A stretch of 64,000 nucleotides of DNA. Source: an uncultured Poribacteria bacterium. Lineage in GTDB: Bacteria; Poribacteria; WGA-4E; WGA-3G. Every line of letters begins with the position of its first letter. Within the stretch, counting starts at the first letter, position 1. The notes beneath the pieces were generated by a model. The model did not search any database and was not told the DNA's origin. It saw only the letters and a program-made list of their open reading frames with translations. The translations under genes were made by a program, and so were the position numbers. Below, piece by piece: positions 18,360-30,372 of this stretch. Location: contig CATQHZ020000001.1 in the NCBI GenBank assembly GCA_958296135.2, forward strand, positions 4,416,001-4,480,000. The letters run 5' to 3'.

Positions 18360-19151
18360 CTAACGCGCAGTCTTCAGTCGTCCCCATGTTGTCGCTAGTT
18401 TACCGCGCGCCTCCACCGCGAGGAAGCCATCAACGCCATCGTTCATGATGGTGTTCACCTCTTCCTCCGTTAACCCGCGCTTCCAGATGTTCAAGTCATC
18501 CATGAGCCCGTTGAACGGACGGTTATTGTCAATGTTAAAGCCAACACGTGCTCCTGAATCCCAGTCGGGCGCGATGGGGGTGCCAACCCGCGCTTTCTCT
18601 TCACCAACGTTATTCCCGTTGATGTAAAGCACAGCGAGGCCAGCCGCGCGGCTGAACGTGCCGGCGTAATGCACCCACTCGTTGGCCTTATTCTTACCCG
18701 CGCGGATGTCAAAGATTGTCGTACCACCGGGGCTCCGATTGAGCCAGCGATAATTGCCATCGCCGCGCGCCTCTGGATGCACGAGCCACGTGTTGTCACC
18801 AGCGCGGGCGTTGAAAATCGCCATGTCGGAGACCGCCTCAACGTTAATCCACGCTATGAGGCTCATCCCTTCTGTCGGAATATCGTCCGGGTTAATGTTC
18901 GGGCCATCCAGATCGAGGAAGCTGCCAGAGGCAAAATGGGCGGCTTTCCCAAACTTCCCATCGCCAGACTGCGTCACCTTCCCGTTAATCGCGCCGTCAT
19001 ACCCGCGCCCAGATTCTTCAACGACAGTATCGCCGCTGAACTTCTCGTAATCAAAGTATAGCACCAGGTCCGGGTCCAACACAGCGGCGGACACGCCGCT
19101 GACGAGAACTACCAGAAGCAGGCACGTCAAAATCACCATTTGAGTTTTCAT
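18360..19151 (-). CDS. Secreted LamG-like protein with GKLATTWG tail
   Basis: Signal peptide; LVLYFDYE, GKFGKA, FNGLMDDLNIWKRGLT; AVEARGKLATTWGRLK. Confidence 0.9.
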   Translation of the reverse strand: MKTQMVILTCLLLVVLVSGVSAAVLDPDLVLYFDYEKFSGDTVVEESGRGYDGAINGKVTQSGDGKFGKAAHFASGSFLDLDGPNINPDDIPTEGMSLIAWINVEAVSDMAIFNARAGDNTWLVHPEARGDGNYRWLNRSPGGTTIFDIRAGKNKANEWVHYAGTFSRAAGLAVLYINGNNVGEEKARVGTPIAPDWDSGARVGFNIDNNRPFNGLMDDLNIWKRGLTEEEVNTIMNDGVDGFLAVEARGKLATTWGRLKTAR

Positions 19152-19401
19152 TTCACAAATCTCCTTTTTTTCTCAAACCAATTGTTAGCATTAAGTTTAA
19201 CATTTTTTCTTGCAGATATGCAAATTTTTGTTATTCGCCGTGCGTTTTCAGGTTCACCATGGAAATCGATACGGACAGATATAGAAATCTGTCCTTACGC
19301 TCTACTTATGCAAATGCCGTATTTCCCCCGGTAGGCGTTCAGTTCATAAATCCTACTTAATTTCCTTGATTTTAACACCGTTTTTTTGTAAACTAAGACG
19401 T

Positions 19402-21261
19402 ATGAACATCGCACCCATTGATTGGGCAATTCTCATCGGTTATATCGTGTTCGCGCTCGGACTCGGCATATACTTTTCCAAGCGAGCGGGACAGAATATC
19501 AACGAATTCTTCGTCTCCGGACGCAATCTACCGTGGTGGCTCGCAGGCACCTCCATGGTAGCAACGACGTTCGCGGCGGATACACCCTTGGCCGTCACGG
19601 GGCTCGTTGTCAACGACGGCATCGCCGGCAATTGGCTGTGGTGGAACGCTGTGTTAGGCGGCATGCTGGCGACGTTTCTCTTCTCACGGCTCTGGCGGCG
19701 CGCCGAAATTATCACGGACGTTGAATTGACAGAACACCGCTACTCAGGTGCCTCCGCGAGTTTCCTGCGCGGCTTCCGGGCCCTCTATATCGGCCTACCG
19801 ATTAACTGCATTACGATGGGATGGGTTATTCTTGCCATGCAGAAAATCGTCGTCCTCACCTTCGGCCTGCCGGAGACAGTGAGTTGGGAAATCACGGTGC
19901 TGCAGACGGCTTTCAGCCTCACCATCAGCACAAAGGTGCTAGTTGTCATGGGGTGCCTGCTCATCGCCGGCATCTACTGCGCGCTCTCCGGGTTCTGGGG
20001 CGTTGTCGTGACAGACCTGGTGCAATTCGGCATGGCAATGGTAGGTTCCCTCGCGTTGGCAGGCATCGCTGTCCACAAGGTAGGCGGTATCAACACATTG
20101 AAGGAGAAACTGAACGAGATTTACGGTGCAGAGCATACCGTGCTGAATTTTACACCGGATTTCAGCGCAGGCGAGATGGCAATCCTCACCTTCGGTGTCT
20201 ATCTCGGCGTGCAGTGGTGGGCATCCAACGGTGTTGACGGCAGCGGCTACATTGCACAGCGGATGTTCGCCGCGAAAGATGAACGCCACACGCTGCTGGC
20301 GACGCTGTGGTTCAATATCGCGCACTATACCCTCCGCCCGTGGCCGTGGATTCTTGTCGCGCTCGTCGCGATGGTAGTCTACCCCGGACTCGGCGAACTA
20401 CAGCACGCCAACCCCGCCTTGCGCGATGCAGAGGCAGGCTACCCAATGTTGATGCTCAGTTACCTGCCAACCGGGTTGCTGGGGTTAATGTTAACGGCGT
20501 TCTTGGCGGCGTTCATGTCAACAATTGACACGCATCTCAACTGGGGCGCGTCCTATCTCGTCAATGATTTTTATAAACGCTTTTTCAAGCCGGAAGCCGC
20601 CGCAAGTCACTACGTCGCCGCATCGCGAGTCGCGGTGGTATTCATCATGATTATTGCAGGCGGCGCAAGTCTATTGATGAACTCCATCGCGGGCGCGTGG
20701 AAATTCCTTATCGCCTTGAATTCAGGTATTGGGCTCGTGCAGATTCTGCGGTGGTATTGGTGGCGCATCAACGCCTGGTCGGAAATTTCAGCGATGGTGG
20801 CGGCGTTCATCGCCTCTATCGTAGTCTTCACCCTGCCACAGACGAAAGACGAATTCGCGCTCCAGCTCCTCATCATCGTGCCGTTTTCCACGGTGGTGTG
20901 GGGCATCGTCACGTTTATGACTTCGCCTGTTTCAATGGAAACGCTGACGAAGTTTTACCAACGGGTGCGCCCCAGCGTGGCAGGATGGAAGCCGGTTATC
21001 GCGACAATAGTGCATACAGATACCACAACTTCTCCCGCAGGGCGAAGGCCTGTCCCTCCCCATGCAACGGATACCCCAAGAGCGGCACCTGCCTTGCTCG
21101 CTTGGGTTGTCGGTGTCATTTTCATCTATGCAACACTGTTCGGCATTGGCAAACTGCTGTTGGGATTTACCGGCATCGCCGTGATTTTTCTGGCGATTGC
21201 AATCATAGCCGGTGCTATCATGTATCACAACGTCGGGCGGAACTTTAAATCCAATAACTGA
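19402..21261 (+). CDS. Sodium:solute symporter family protein
   Basis: GRNLPWWLAGTSMVATTFAADTPL, AAFMSTIDTHLNWGASY; many TM segments. Confidence 0.92.
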   Translation: MNIAPIDWAILIGYIVFALGLGIYFSKRAGQNINEFFVSGRNLPWWLAGTSMVATTFAADTPLAVTGLVVNDGIAGNWLWWNAVLGGMLATFLFSRLWRRAEIITDVELTEHRYSGASASFLRGFRALYIGLPINCITMGWVILAMQKIVVLTFGLPETVSWEITVLQTAFSLTISTKVLVVMGCLLIAGIYCALSGFWGVVVTDLVQFGMAMVGSLALAGIAVHKVGGINTLKEKLNEIYGAEHTVLNFTPDFSAGEMAILTFGVYLGVQWWASNGVDGSGYIAQRMFAAKDERHTLLATLWFNIAHYTLRPWPWILVALVAMVVYPGLGELQHANPALRDAEAGYPMLMLSYLPTGLLGLMLTAFLAAFMSTIDTHLNWGASYLVNDFYKRFFKPEAAASHYVAASRVAVVFIMIIAGGASLLMNSIAGAWKFLIALNSGIGLVQILRWYWWRINAWSEISAMVAAFIASIVVFTLPQTKDEFALQLLIIVPFSTVVWGIVTFMTSPVSMETLTKFYQRVRPSVAGWKPVIATIVHTDTTTSPAGRRPVPPHATDTPRAAPALLAWVVGVIFIYATLFGIGKLLLGFTGIAVIFLAIAIIAGAIMYHNVGRNFKSNN

Positions 21262-21273
21262 GGAGGCTAACCT

Positions 21274-22056
21274 TTGCAAAAGCGTCATATTACCGCAATA
21301 GGAATTATTCCGGCGCGTTATGCCTCCAGTCGGTTTGAGGGAAAGCCGTTGGCGGACATCTTCGGAAAGCCGATGGTGCAGCATGTCTACGAACGCGCCT
21401 GCCGGGCGGAAACCCTCGATGAAGTTATCGTCGCTACCGATGACCGGCGCATTTACGATGCGGTTGCTGGATTCGGGGGGAACGTCCAACTCACTGGCGA
21501 GTGTGCCACCGGCACCGAACGCGTCGCCCGCGTCGCAGAACAACTAACGTGTGACATCGTCGTCAATATCCAAGGAGACGAACCGCTGCTTGAACCCACG
21601 CAACTCAACATGATGATACAACCGTTCGGTATTAACTCCCGTGAACGGGAGATAACACCGTCTAGTTCGGAAGTGCAGGTTTCCACGTTAAAACAGCGAA
21701 TTGACACACTCGCGGACTATCGGGACGTGAACATCGTGAAAGTTGTTACAGACCTGCAGGGGAATGCGTTATATTTTTCACGCGCATCGATGCCCAGCAG
21801 CATCGATGAAGCAACACTCCCAGATTTGCCGGTGTATCGGCATGTCGGTTTATACGCTTATCGGCGGGAAGCCCTCATCGCTTTCACGAAGTGGGAGAGC
21901 ACCCCTTACGAAAAGGCAGAAGGGTTAGAGCAACTGCGCTTCTTGGAACACGGCGTGCCCATCCGTGTCGTTGAAACCGATACGCCGCTTATCGGCGTAG
22001 ATGTCCCGGCGGACTTAGCCCGGGTCAAACAGATAATACCTTTTAGAAAGGACTGA
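21274..22056 (+). CDS. kdsB: 3-deoxy-manno-octulosonate cytidylyltransferase
   Basis: IIPARYASSRFEGKPL, VNIQGDEP, ALYFSR, LEQLRFLE. Confidence 0.95.
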   Translation: MQKRHITAIGIIPARYASSRFEGKPLADIFGKPMVQHVYERACRAETLDEVIVATDDRRIYDAVAGFGGNVQLTGECATGTERVARVAEQLTCDIVVNIQGDEPLLEPTQLNMMIQPFGINSREREITPSSSEVQVSTLKQRIDTLADYRDVNIVKVVTDLQGNALYFSRASMPSSIDEATLPDLPVYRHVGLYAYRREALIAFTKWESTPYEKAEGLEQLRFLEHGVPIRVVETDTPLIGVDVPADLARVKQIIPFRKD

Positions 22057-23688
<1,632 letters not shown>

Positions 23689-23788
23689 GGACGAATTTGT
23701 ATGGATTCCGGCCATCCTTTAACAGTGCCCTTAGGCACGACAGGTTTATAAGTGCAGATTGCTATATCTATCCGAATGGAGAAGAACC

Positions 23789-25048
23789 ATGAAGAACACA
23801 GCCACAGTCCACTCACGCGCTTGGTATGGCGACGAAGAACTCACGCTGCATTTTCCAACCGGTTGGGAAGTGGAGATATTGGGACCGAAAGATGGTCCCG
23901 CGCTCTCTGACACGCAACTTGCGCAGGCATTCGCTGAACCCATCGGCACACCGCGCATCGCAGAAATGGCAAAGGGTAAAAAGAGTGCCGCCATCGTCGT
24001 CGATGACCTGAGCCGGCCGACACCTGCCGCGACGGTTATCCCTTTTCTCCTCCGCGAACTCACCGAAGCCGGTGTCCCGAAATCGGAGATTCGGTTTGTC
24101 GTCGGAGGCGGCTCACACCGGCCCCTCACCGACGCGGAAGCCGCCAAGAAGGTGGGCACCGATATCGCCACCGAATACGAAGTGACGAGCCATAACTTTA
24201 TGGCCGGTGATCTACGCGCATTGGGAAGCCTTGACAACGGCCTGCCCATTTATGTCAACCGTGTCGTCGCCGATGCGGATTTCAAAATCTGCCTCGGTGG
24301 TATTTATCCGCACGGATCCGTCGGTTTCGGCGGCGGCGCGAAACTCGTCGTACCCGGCATTGCCGGGTTCGCAACGATGTTCTATTTCCACTCCTTCTCG
24401 CCGAGCCGAGGGCACGCCGTGATCGAACGCAAGGGCAGCGAACCAGATCATCGCGATTTCGCCGAGGCAGTGGCAGGAAGACTGGGACTTGATGTTATAG
24501 CCAACGTCGTACTGAATAGCCGCCGCGAAATCTGCGGATTGTTCGTCGGCGATTTTGTGCAGGCGCATCGCAAAGGCGCGCACTTCGCTCTTGATACCTA
24601 CGGCACCGAGATTCCGGAAACCAGCCGAAAAGAGACAGACCTGGTGGTACTGAACTGCTATCCGCTAGATGCAGATCCGATTCAGACCGGGAAGGCACTG
24701 TGGGCATCGCGCCATTTTGAGAAGGCATGGAAGATGGCTCTCAACCCCGCTAGCGACGGTATCTGCTATCACGGCCTGTTCGATCAGGTAGATTACGCGC
24801 GATTCCTGCAGCAGCGGGAAGGGCAGACGCTTTCCGAATTGCCCGCGCCGCAACTCGGAAGGCGTGAGCAGTTGCACGTCTGGTCTGAGCATTTTGGGGT
24901 GGATGATTTCTATAAGAAACATCCGGATGCGTTGCTCTTCCGCGATTTGGAGCAATTAATTCAGTTGTTCTCGGAGAAACTGCCGGCGAATGTGAAGGTG
25001 GCGGTGCTGCCTGCCGCGGGCATCCAGGTCCTCGCAGAGAGCAATTAA
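23789..25048 (+). CDS. Lactate racemase (LarA) superfamily protein
   Basis: VDDLSRPTP, GSHR, PHGSVGFGGGAKLVVPG. Confidence 0.8.
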   Translation: MKNTATVHSRAWYGDEELTLHFPTGWEVEILGPKDGPALSDTQLAQAFAEPIGTPRIAEMAKGKKSAAIVVDDLSRPTPAATVIPFLLRELTEAGVPKSEIRFVVGGGSHRPLTDAEAAKKVGTDIATEYEVTSHNFMAGDLRALGSLDNGLPIYVNRVVADADFKICLGGIYPHGSVGFGGGAKLVVPGIAGFATMFYFHSFSPSRGHAVIERKGSEPDHRDFAEAVAGRLGLDVIANVVLNSRREICGLFVGDFVQAHRKGAHFALDTYGTEIPETSRKETDLVVLNCYPLDADPIQTGKALWASRHFEKAWKMALNPASDGICYHGLFDQVDYARFLQQREGQTLSELPAPQLGRREQLHVWSEHFGVDDFYKKHPDALLFRDLEQLIQLFSEKLPANVKVAVLPAAGIQVLAESN

Positions 25049-25119
25049 CCTCGCTCCTCATCCGTAGGGCCAGGGACAGCCCCTCGCCCTACGTCGAACG
25101 CTTTGCGCCAATACAAAAA

Positions 25120-25635
25120 ATGCTAAAAAAAATCAACGCCTCCCTCGGCAAGATTGAAACCGGGTTGCTGTGCCTGATCGTCGCGATGATGATAGGGCTT
25201 GCAATCCTCAAAATCCTCCTGCGCTACGTCTTCCACACCAGCCTCCTGTGGAGCGACGTGATGTTGCAACACTTGACGCTCTGGCTCTGCTTCCTCGGTG
25301 CAGCACTCGCTACCTGCGAGAGACGACATATCAGCATCGATGTGCTCAGTCGGGTTTTGCCAAAAAATATCACGCGCTGGAGCACGCTCATCGTGGATAG
25401 TCTCAGTCTCCTCGTGGTGGCAATTCTCGCCTATTACGGGTTTGAATTTCTCGGAGACGAACAGCAGAGCCCAGCCGTGCTAATCGGGAACATCCCATTG
25501 TGGTGGGCGAAGGCTATCATCCCGCTCGGGTTTGTGCTAATCGGCGTGCACCTGATTCTTCAGATCGGTTTATGGGTTTCGGACAAACACAATCAGGAGA
25601 ATGAGGAAAATCAAGAACGGGCGCGCGCAGACTGA
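25120..25635 (+). CDS. dctQ: TRAP transporter small permease
   Basis: Four TM segments, FLGAALAT..RRHISIDV. Confidence 0.85.
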   Translation: MLKKINASLGKIETGLLCLIVAMMIGLAILKILLRYVFHTSLLWSDVMLQHLTLWLCFLGAALATCERRHISIDVLSRVLPKNITRWSTLIVDSLSLLVVAILAYYGFEFLGDEQQSPAVLIGNIPLWWAKAIIPLGFVLIGVHLILQIGLWVSDKHNQENEENQERARAD

Positions 25636-25774
25636 GTAAAGCGAGAACGGGAGGGCTCTCCTACTGATACCATATCACAACTGTCAGGAGAATGAGGAAA
25701 ATCAAGAACGGGCGCGCGCAGACTGAGTAAATCGAGAACGGGAGGGCTCTCCTACTGATACCATATCACAACTG
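25593..25774. repeat. 91-bp tandem duplication (2 copies) covering the dctQ 3' end and a REP
   Basis: 25593-25683 vs 25684-25774, one mismatch. Confidence 0.95.
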
Positions 25775-25898
25775 TAGTTCGGGCTCGGGCGAGCCCGAAC
25801 ACGGCAAGCTCAGGCGAACTGGTTTCCCTACAGACAGGGGCGGCAATCTGAAAACGAATTTTCATCAATGAGGATGCAACAGAAGGAGAAAGAAACGC

Positions 25899-27185
25899 AT
25901 GGGTATATTAATTGGCGGTGGGTTGGTGCTTTTCGCGCTGTTTGGCGGCGCGCTCTTCGCGCTACTCGGCGCAGCGGCGATTATCGGCTACGCCACCGCT
26001 GGCGAACCCATATCGACGATGCTAATCGATTTCAATCGGCTCACTAAGAATCCCACGATTCTGGTGATTCCGCTGTTTACGTTCGCCGGGTATCTGCTGG
26101 CCGAAGGAAAGGCACCACAGCGGCTGATTGCGTTCGCGCGTGCCAGTGTCGGATGGGCACCCGGCGGCATCGCCATCGTCGTGCTGGTTACGTGCGCGTT
26201 TTTTACTACCTTCACTGGGGCATCGGGCATCACTATCATCGCGCTTGGCGGCTTGCTCTACCCCATCCTGCGCCAAACCTATACCGAACGGTTTTCACTC
26301 GGCTTGGTGACTGCCTCCGGGAGCATCGGGCTGCTCTTTCCGCCGAGCATTCCCCTCATCCTCTACGCTATCATCGCGCAGGTGCGCATCGACAGGATGT
26401 TATTCGCAGGGATTATTCCCGGCCTGCTCATCCTCTTCGTCCTCGGCACCTACTGCTGCGGATGGAGCCTCTTCAAACGCACAGAAACAATCCGGTTTGA
26501 CTTGAGGGTTATCTTCCAAACCTTATGGGCGGCAAAATGGGAACTGCTTCTGCCGTTTCTGGTACTAGGCGGTATCTTATCTGGCTGGATTACGCTCGAT
26601 GAGGCTGCAGCGTTGACTGCCATTTATGTCTTCGTCGTTGAAATCGGCATCCACCGTTCTATCGCCGTGCGAGAATTGCCGCGCATCGTCAAAGAGAGTA
26701 TGCTATTAGTCGGCGCGATTCTCATCATTCTCGGCATCGCGCTCGGATTGACAAATTATCTCATTACGCTTGACGTGCCAACGAGTGTGCTGGAGTGGAT
26801 TCAAACCAAAACCGAGAACAAGGTGATTATGCTGATTGGGCTCAACCTCTTCCTACTCATCGTGGGATGCCTGATGGACATCTTCTCAGCGATTATCATT
26901 GTGGTGCCGCTGCTGCTACCCCTCGCGGAGGAGTTCGGGATTGACAAGGCGCACCTCGGCATCATTGTCTTGACGAACCTTGAAATCGGGTACTTGACAC
27001 CGCCAGTGGGGATGAATCTGTTCATCTCGAGCCTAAAATTTGAACGGCCGGTCGTGCTACTCTACCGTTCGGTGCTGCTGTTTATCGGCCTGCTCCTGGT
27101 CGCCCTTGTGTTGGTGACGTACCTGCCGGAGTTGAGTCTGTGGCTGCCGCGGGTGTTAGGGAAAACGCCGCTGTCGATTTTGTGA
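25899..27185 (+). CDS. dctM: TRAP transporter large permease
   Basis: IPLFTFAG, GSIGLLFPPSIPLILY, GYLTPPVGMNLF. Confidence 0.92.
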   Translation: MGILIGGGLVLFALFGGALFALLGAAAIIGYATAGEPISTMLIDFNRLTKNPTILVIPLFTFAGYLLAEGKAPQRLIAFARASVGWAPGGIAIVVLVTCAFFTTFTGASGITIIALGGLLYPILRQTYTERFSLGLVTASGSIGLLFPPSIPLILYAIIAQVRIDRMLFAGIIPGLLILFVLGTYCCGWSLFKRTETIRFDLRVIFQTLWAAKWELLLPFLVLGGILSGWITLDEAAALTAIYVFVVEIGIHRSIAVRELPRIVKESMLLVGAILIILGIALGLTNYLITLDVPTSVLEWIQTKTENKVIMLIGLNLFLLIVGCLMDIFSAIIIVVPLLLPLAEEFGIDKAHLGIIVLTNLEIGYLTPPVGMNLFISSLKFERPVVLLYRSVLLFIGLLLVALVLVTYLPELSLWLPRVLGKTPLSIL

Positions 27186-27336
27186 ACTGTAAGGACAGAT
27201 TTCTATAGCTGCCCGTTCGGTTTGCGTGACAGGCGGATAGAGGCATCCGCCCTTACAATCCTCGGGCGTGGCATGGCGAGGGAAACCCTCGGCGATTCGC
27301 GCTCGCCGGGCCCTCGCCCTACGCGTTAAACGGCGT

Positions 27337-28134
27337 TCATCGGGCAGACTTCATCTCACCCCACGTAACCGCCAACTTCCCAGCCGGTTCAACATCCAGA
27401 CTGACATCCATCATCTCGCCAATCTCTTTCTCGTCAAGGACGCGCCCCCAGAACGAGATTTCGTCAATGATGCCTTCCGCACCGTTGTTCATGGCGATAT
27501 AATCAATGGTTTCCCAACCGAACCTTGGTTTTTCGTGAAGTTTCGGAAAACCGCCGGTGATTTCTCGGCTCGCCGCCTGCTCCTTGCCATCAATGTAAAG
27601 GAAAGGTGCCTCGCCGCCGAAATCCCACGTGATGGCGACATGGAACCACTCCTCTTTCTTAATGATTCCCTTCGGATCGAACTCCACATCTTGCCAATCC
27701 CCATCGTCTGCGGCTTCAAAGTAGAACCCAAATTCCGCGGGCGTGATGTCCGCGTGCGCGGACCCCTTGCCGATGAAGAAGTATATGGGACCGAGACTGG
27801 CATCAAAGAGCCGGTAATCTTCGCCATCCCCACCATCCCAATCCGGTCTGAACCAGAACAGCAGGCTCCCTGCCTCGGTGATAGTGTTCGGCACTTCAAG
27901 GAAGCTTTCTGCACCGCGGAGTGCGATGCCGGCGGCGTATTTCCCTTGCCCGGCAACCCATTTCGCGTTGCCGCCGAAAGTGCCGTCGTTTCCGTTGCCG
28001 GTGCCGTCAACTGCCTTGTTGCCGCTTCCCTCGCCGATCCAGAGGAGCAAATCGGCATCATCTGGAATGCCAGCAAACGCGGTCCCAATGCACATCAGGC
28101 TAATCAGTAAGCTCAAGAAGAGATATTTCATCAT
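27337..28134 (-). CDS. Secreted LamG-like protein with GKLAVTWG tail
   Basis: Signal peptide; WFHVAITWD, GIIDEISFWGRVL; DVEPAGKLAVTWGEMK. Confidence 0.88.
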   Translation of the reverse strand: MMKYLFLSLLISLMCIGTAFAGIPDDADLLLWIGEGSGNKAVDGTGNGNDGTFGGNAKWVAGQGKYAAGIALRGAESFLEVPNTITEAGSLLFWFRPDWDGGDGEDYRLFDASLGPIYFFIGKGSAHADITPAEFGFYFEAADDGDWQDVEFDPKGIIKKEEWFHVAITWDFGGEAPFLYIDGKEQAASREITGGFPKLHEKPRFGWETIDYIAMNNGAEGIIDEISFWGRVLDEKEIGEMMDVSLDVEPAGKLAVTWGEMKSAR

Positions 28135-28712
28135 CACATTTTGACCTCCTAAGTATTGTTGAACGCATTATAGCAGCAGTCGCGAATTAATGCAACAACG
28201 TTTTCGGCGCGGCAGCCAAAACCCATCCTTGCCCCGTAGCGCGAGGCCCCGTCAAACGCAAACTGGCAAGTCGGTGGCGAGGGCCTGTTACTCGCCACCC
28301 ACCACGTGCCAGAGATGTCAGAAGGCCGCGCGATGTCGCGAGCCCTCGCCCAATGTTGGCGAATTAGAGACACATTTTGCAGCATTTTTAGAAATTATCG
28401 GAAAAAAAGTCAAAAAAAGACCCGGTTTTCCGAAAAATGATAAAAAAAAACAAATCAACTCTAAATCTTGCCTCAAAAATACCTATACTTAAGTACAAAG
28501 GTTTGGGAAATTCGGTATCCATCGGATATCATCGCCCAACCGAAATTATTAGCGACACATGCTGCGGATTAAACTAGAAAGGAAGCACTGGTTTTCCCCG
28601 TTTTTCCTTTATCCAATGGAGGAAAATCTTCCGCGAACGCATTGATGCAACGGATGCATCAGCGGCTCACGGCGTGTTTACCCTTCACAAACCAAAATAG
28701 GAGGAGGAAACA

Positions 28713-29513
28713 ATGCAAAACTTCCTACGTTTCACGACAGTCATACTCTTCGCTATCGCCTTCCAATTCACCGGGTGCGGAGACGCTCCCCCGGATATCG
28801 TGGCACCGAAGGGCGAAGAGACAACGGCGCAAGTACAGACACTTGCCCCAGAACCGATAGCAACCAAACCCACACCGGAAAACACGTTCGCCAGATTGCG
28901 CAACCTGTTTCCGCTGCCCATTGTCAACGCGGACTTCACAACGCTCCGAAAAGTGCTAGACTCCGATACATACCTGGATTTTCTGACGCAAGAATTTCCA
29001 ACGGAAGAACCCTTTCAGACCTTTGAGGCGTATCTTGAGGTTGCCTCTCCCGATGAGGAAAGATACCTCCCCTTTTTGAAAAAATGGGTGGGTAACCCCA
29101 CGGCAGAGGATGTTGAACTCATTCATTGGCTGACAGGGAAGTACCGGGAGGTGAATCTTCACATTTTTCGGGTCGAATTCCAGCGAGATATCCGGCAGGG
29201 AGATATCTTTCATGAAGCAGGCAGGGCGTTTAAAAAGATCGCCGTTGTCGCGGCAGCCCCCCGGGTGGAAGCGTTCATGACTCGCCATGCCCTTCAAGAC
29301 GACTTCGGCCCGGCACTTGAAGCCTTTGTCGCAGCAACAGAGCGGGAGGATGCGCGGTGGCTTCATGAGCAGTTTGAAGCGCAGAATGGTATTGATGAAG
29401 GGCTGTTATGGGTTGCCCTTCGCAAGCCTGCACTCATCGGTGAAATCCTGCACAACTTTTCCAACGCCGATGTGTTTTTGAAATGGGTCGAGGTAACAAA
29501 GGAGCAGGCTTAG
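28713..29513 (+). CDS. Hypothetical lipoprotein, paralog A
   Basis: AGGAGGAGG RBS; FTGC lipobox; strong similarity to the next gene. Confidence 0.85.
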   Translation: MQNFLRFTTVILFAIAFQFTGCGDAPPDIVAPKGEETTAQVQTLAPEPIATKPTPENTFARLRNLFPLPIVNADFTTLRKVLDSDTYLDFLTQEFPTEEPFQTFEAYLEVASPDEERYLPFLKKWVGNPTAEDVELIHWLTGKYREVNLHIFRVEFQRDIRQGDIFHEAGRAFKKIAVVAAAPRVEAFMTRHALQDDFGPALEAFVAATEREDARWLHEQFEAQNGIDEGLLWVALRKPALIGEILHNFSNADVFLKWVEVTKEQA

Positions 29514-29583
29514 AGAAGTCTCGGATGTGGGGGTGATTTCATTGATGTCACCACCACTCACCATCCCCATGGAGGATGCAACC

Positions 29584-30372
29584 ATGAAACGCTTTTTTTG
29601 TTTAGCAACGTTCCTACTCCTCGCTATCGCCTCCCAGTTGCTCGGATGCACCGACACGACACCCGACATCGTGAAAGCGAGCGATGAAGAAACAACCGCA
29701 CCGGTTGAGACACTCGCCCCGGAGCCAATCGCCACCAAACCGACACCGGCGGAAGGCACCTTCGAGGCATTGCGGCGCAAGTACCCAACCGTAATTTTAG
29801 ACGATAACTTCGTCACACTCCGGAAGGTCACCGCTTCCGATATCTACACGGATTTTCTGACGCAAGAATTTCCAACCGACGAACCGTTTCAGACGTATGA
29901 GGAGTATCTCCAGGTCTCACCACCTGACCCGGAGAGATACCGTCCTTTTTTGGAAAAATGGATCGGTGAACCGACAGACGAAGATATAGTTGTCGTTCAT
30001 CGGATGACAGAGGTGTTCCGTGAAGTGAATATTATCCTTTTCGGTAAGGACTTCGCCATCGGAGACATTCTCGCGATTTTTGAAAAAAAACTAGGGGTTC
30101 TTGAGGAGGCACCGGTAGACGCGTTTCTGAAACGCCATCATCTGAATGCAGAACATTTTGCCATTGCTTTTGAGGCGTTTGTTGCTGAAACGGAAGCGGC
30201 GGACGCGCGGTGGCTCCATGAGCAGTTTGAAGAACAGCACAGCATTCATAGCGGCATGTTATGGAGTGTCCTCCGAAAGCCCGCGATCGTCGGTGAACTC
30301 ATGCAGCATTTTTCGAGTAAGGATTTGTTCTTGAACTGGGTAGACGAGAAAAGGTTGCCCAACCAAGAATAG
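29584..30372 (+). CDS. Hypothetical lipoprotein, paralog B
   Basis: GGAGG RBS; LLGC lipobox; shared TLAPEPIATKPTP, DFLTQEFPT, DARWLHEQFE, LRKPA. Confidence 0.85.
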   Translation: MKRFFCLATFLLLAIASQLLGCTDTTPDIVKASDEETTAPVETLAPEPIATKPTPAEGTFEALRRKYPTVILDDNFVTLRKVTASDIYTDFLTQEFPTDEPFQTYEEYLQVSPPDPERYRPFLEKWIGEPTDEDIVVVHRMTEVFREVNIILFGKDFAIGDILAIFEKKLGVLEEAPVDAFLKRHHLNAEHFAIAFEAFVAETEAADARWLHEQFEEQHSIHSGMLWSVLRKPAIVGELMQHFSSKDLFLNWVDEKRLPNQE

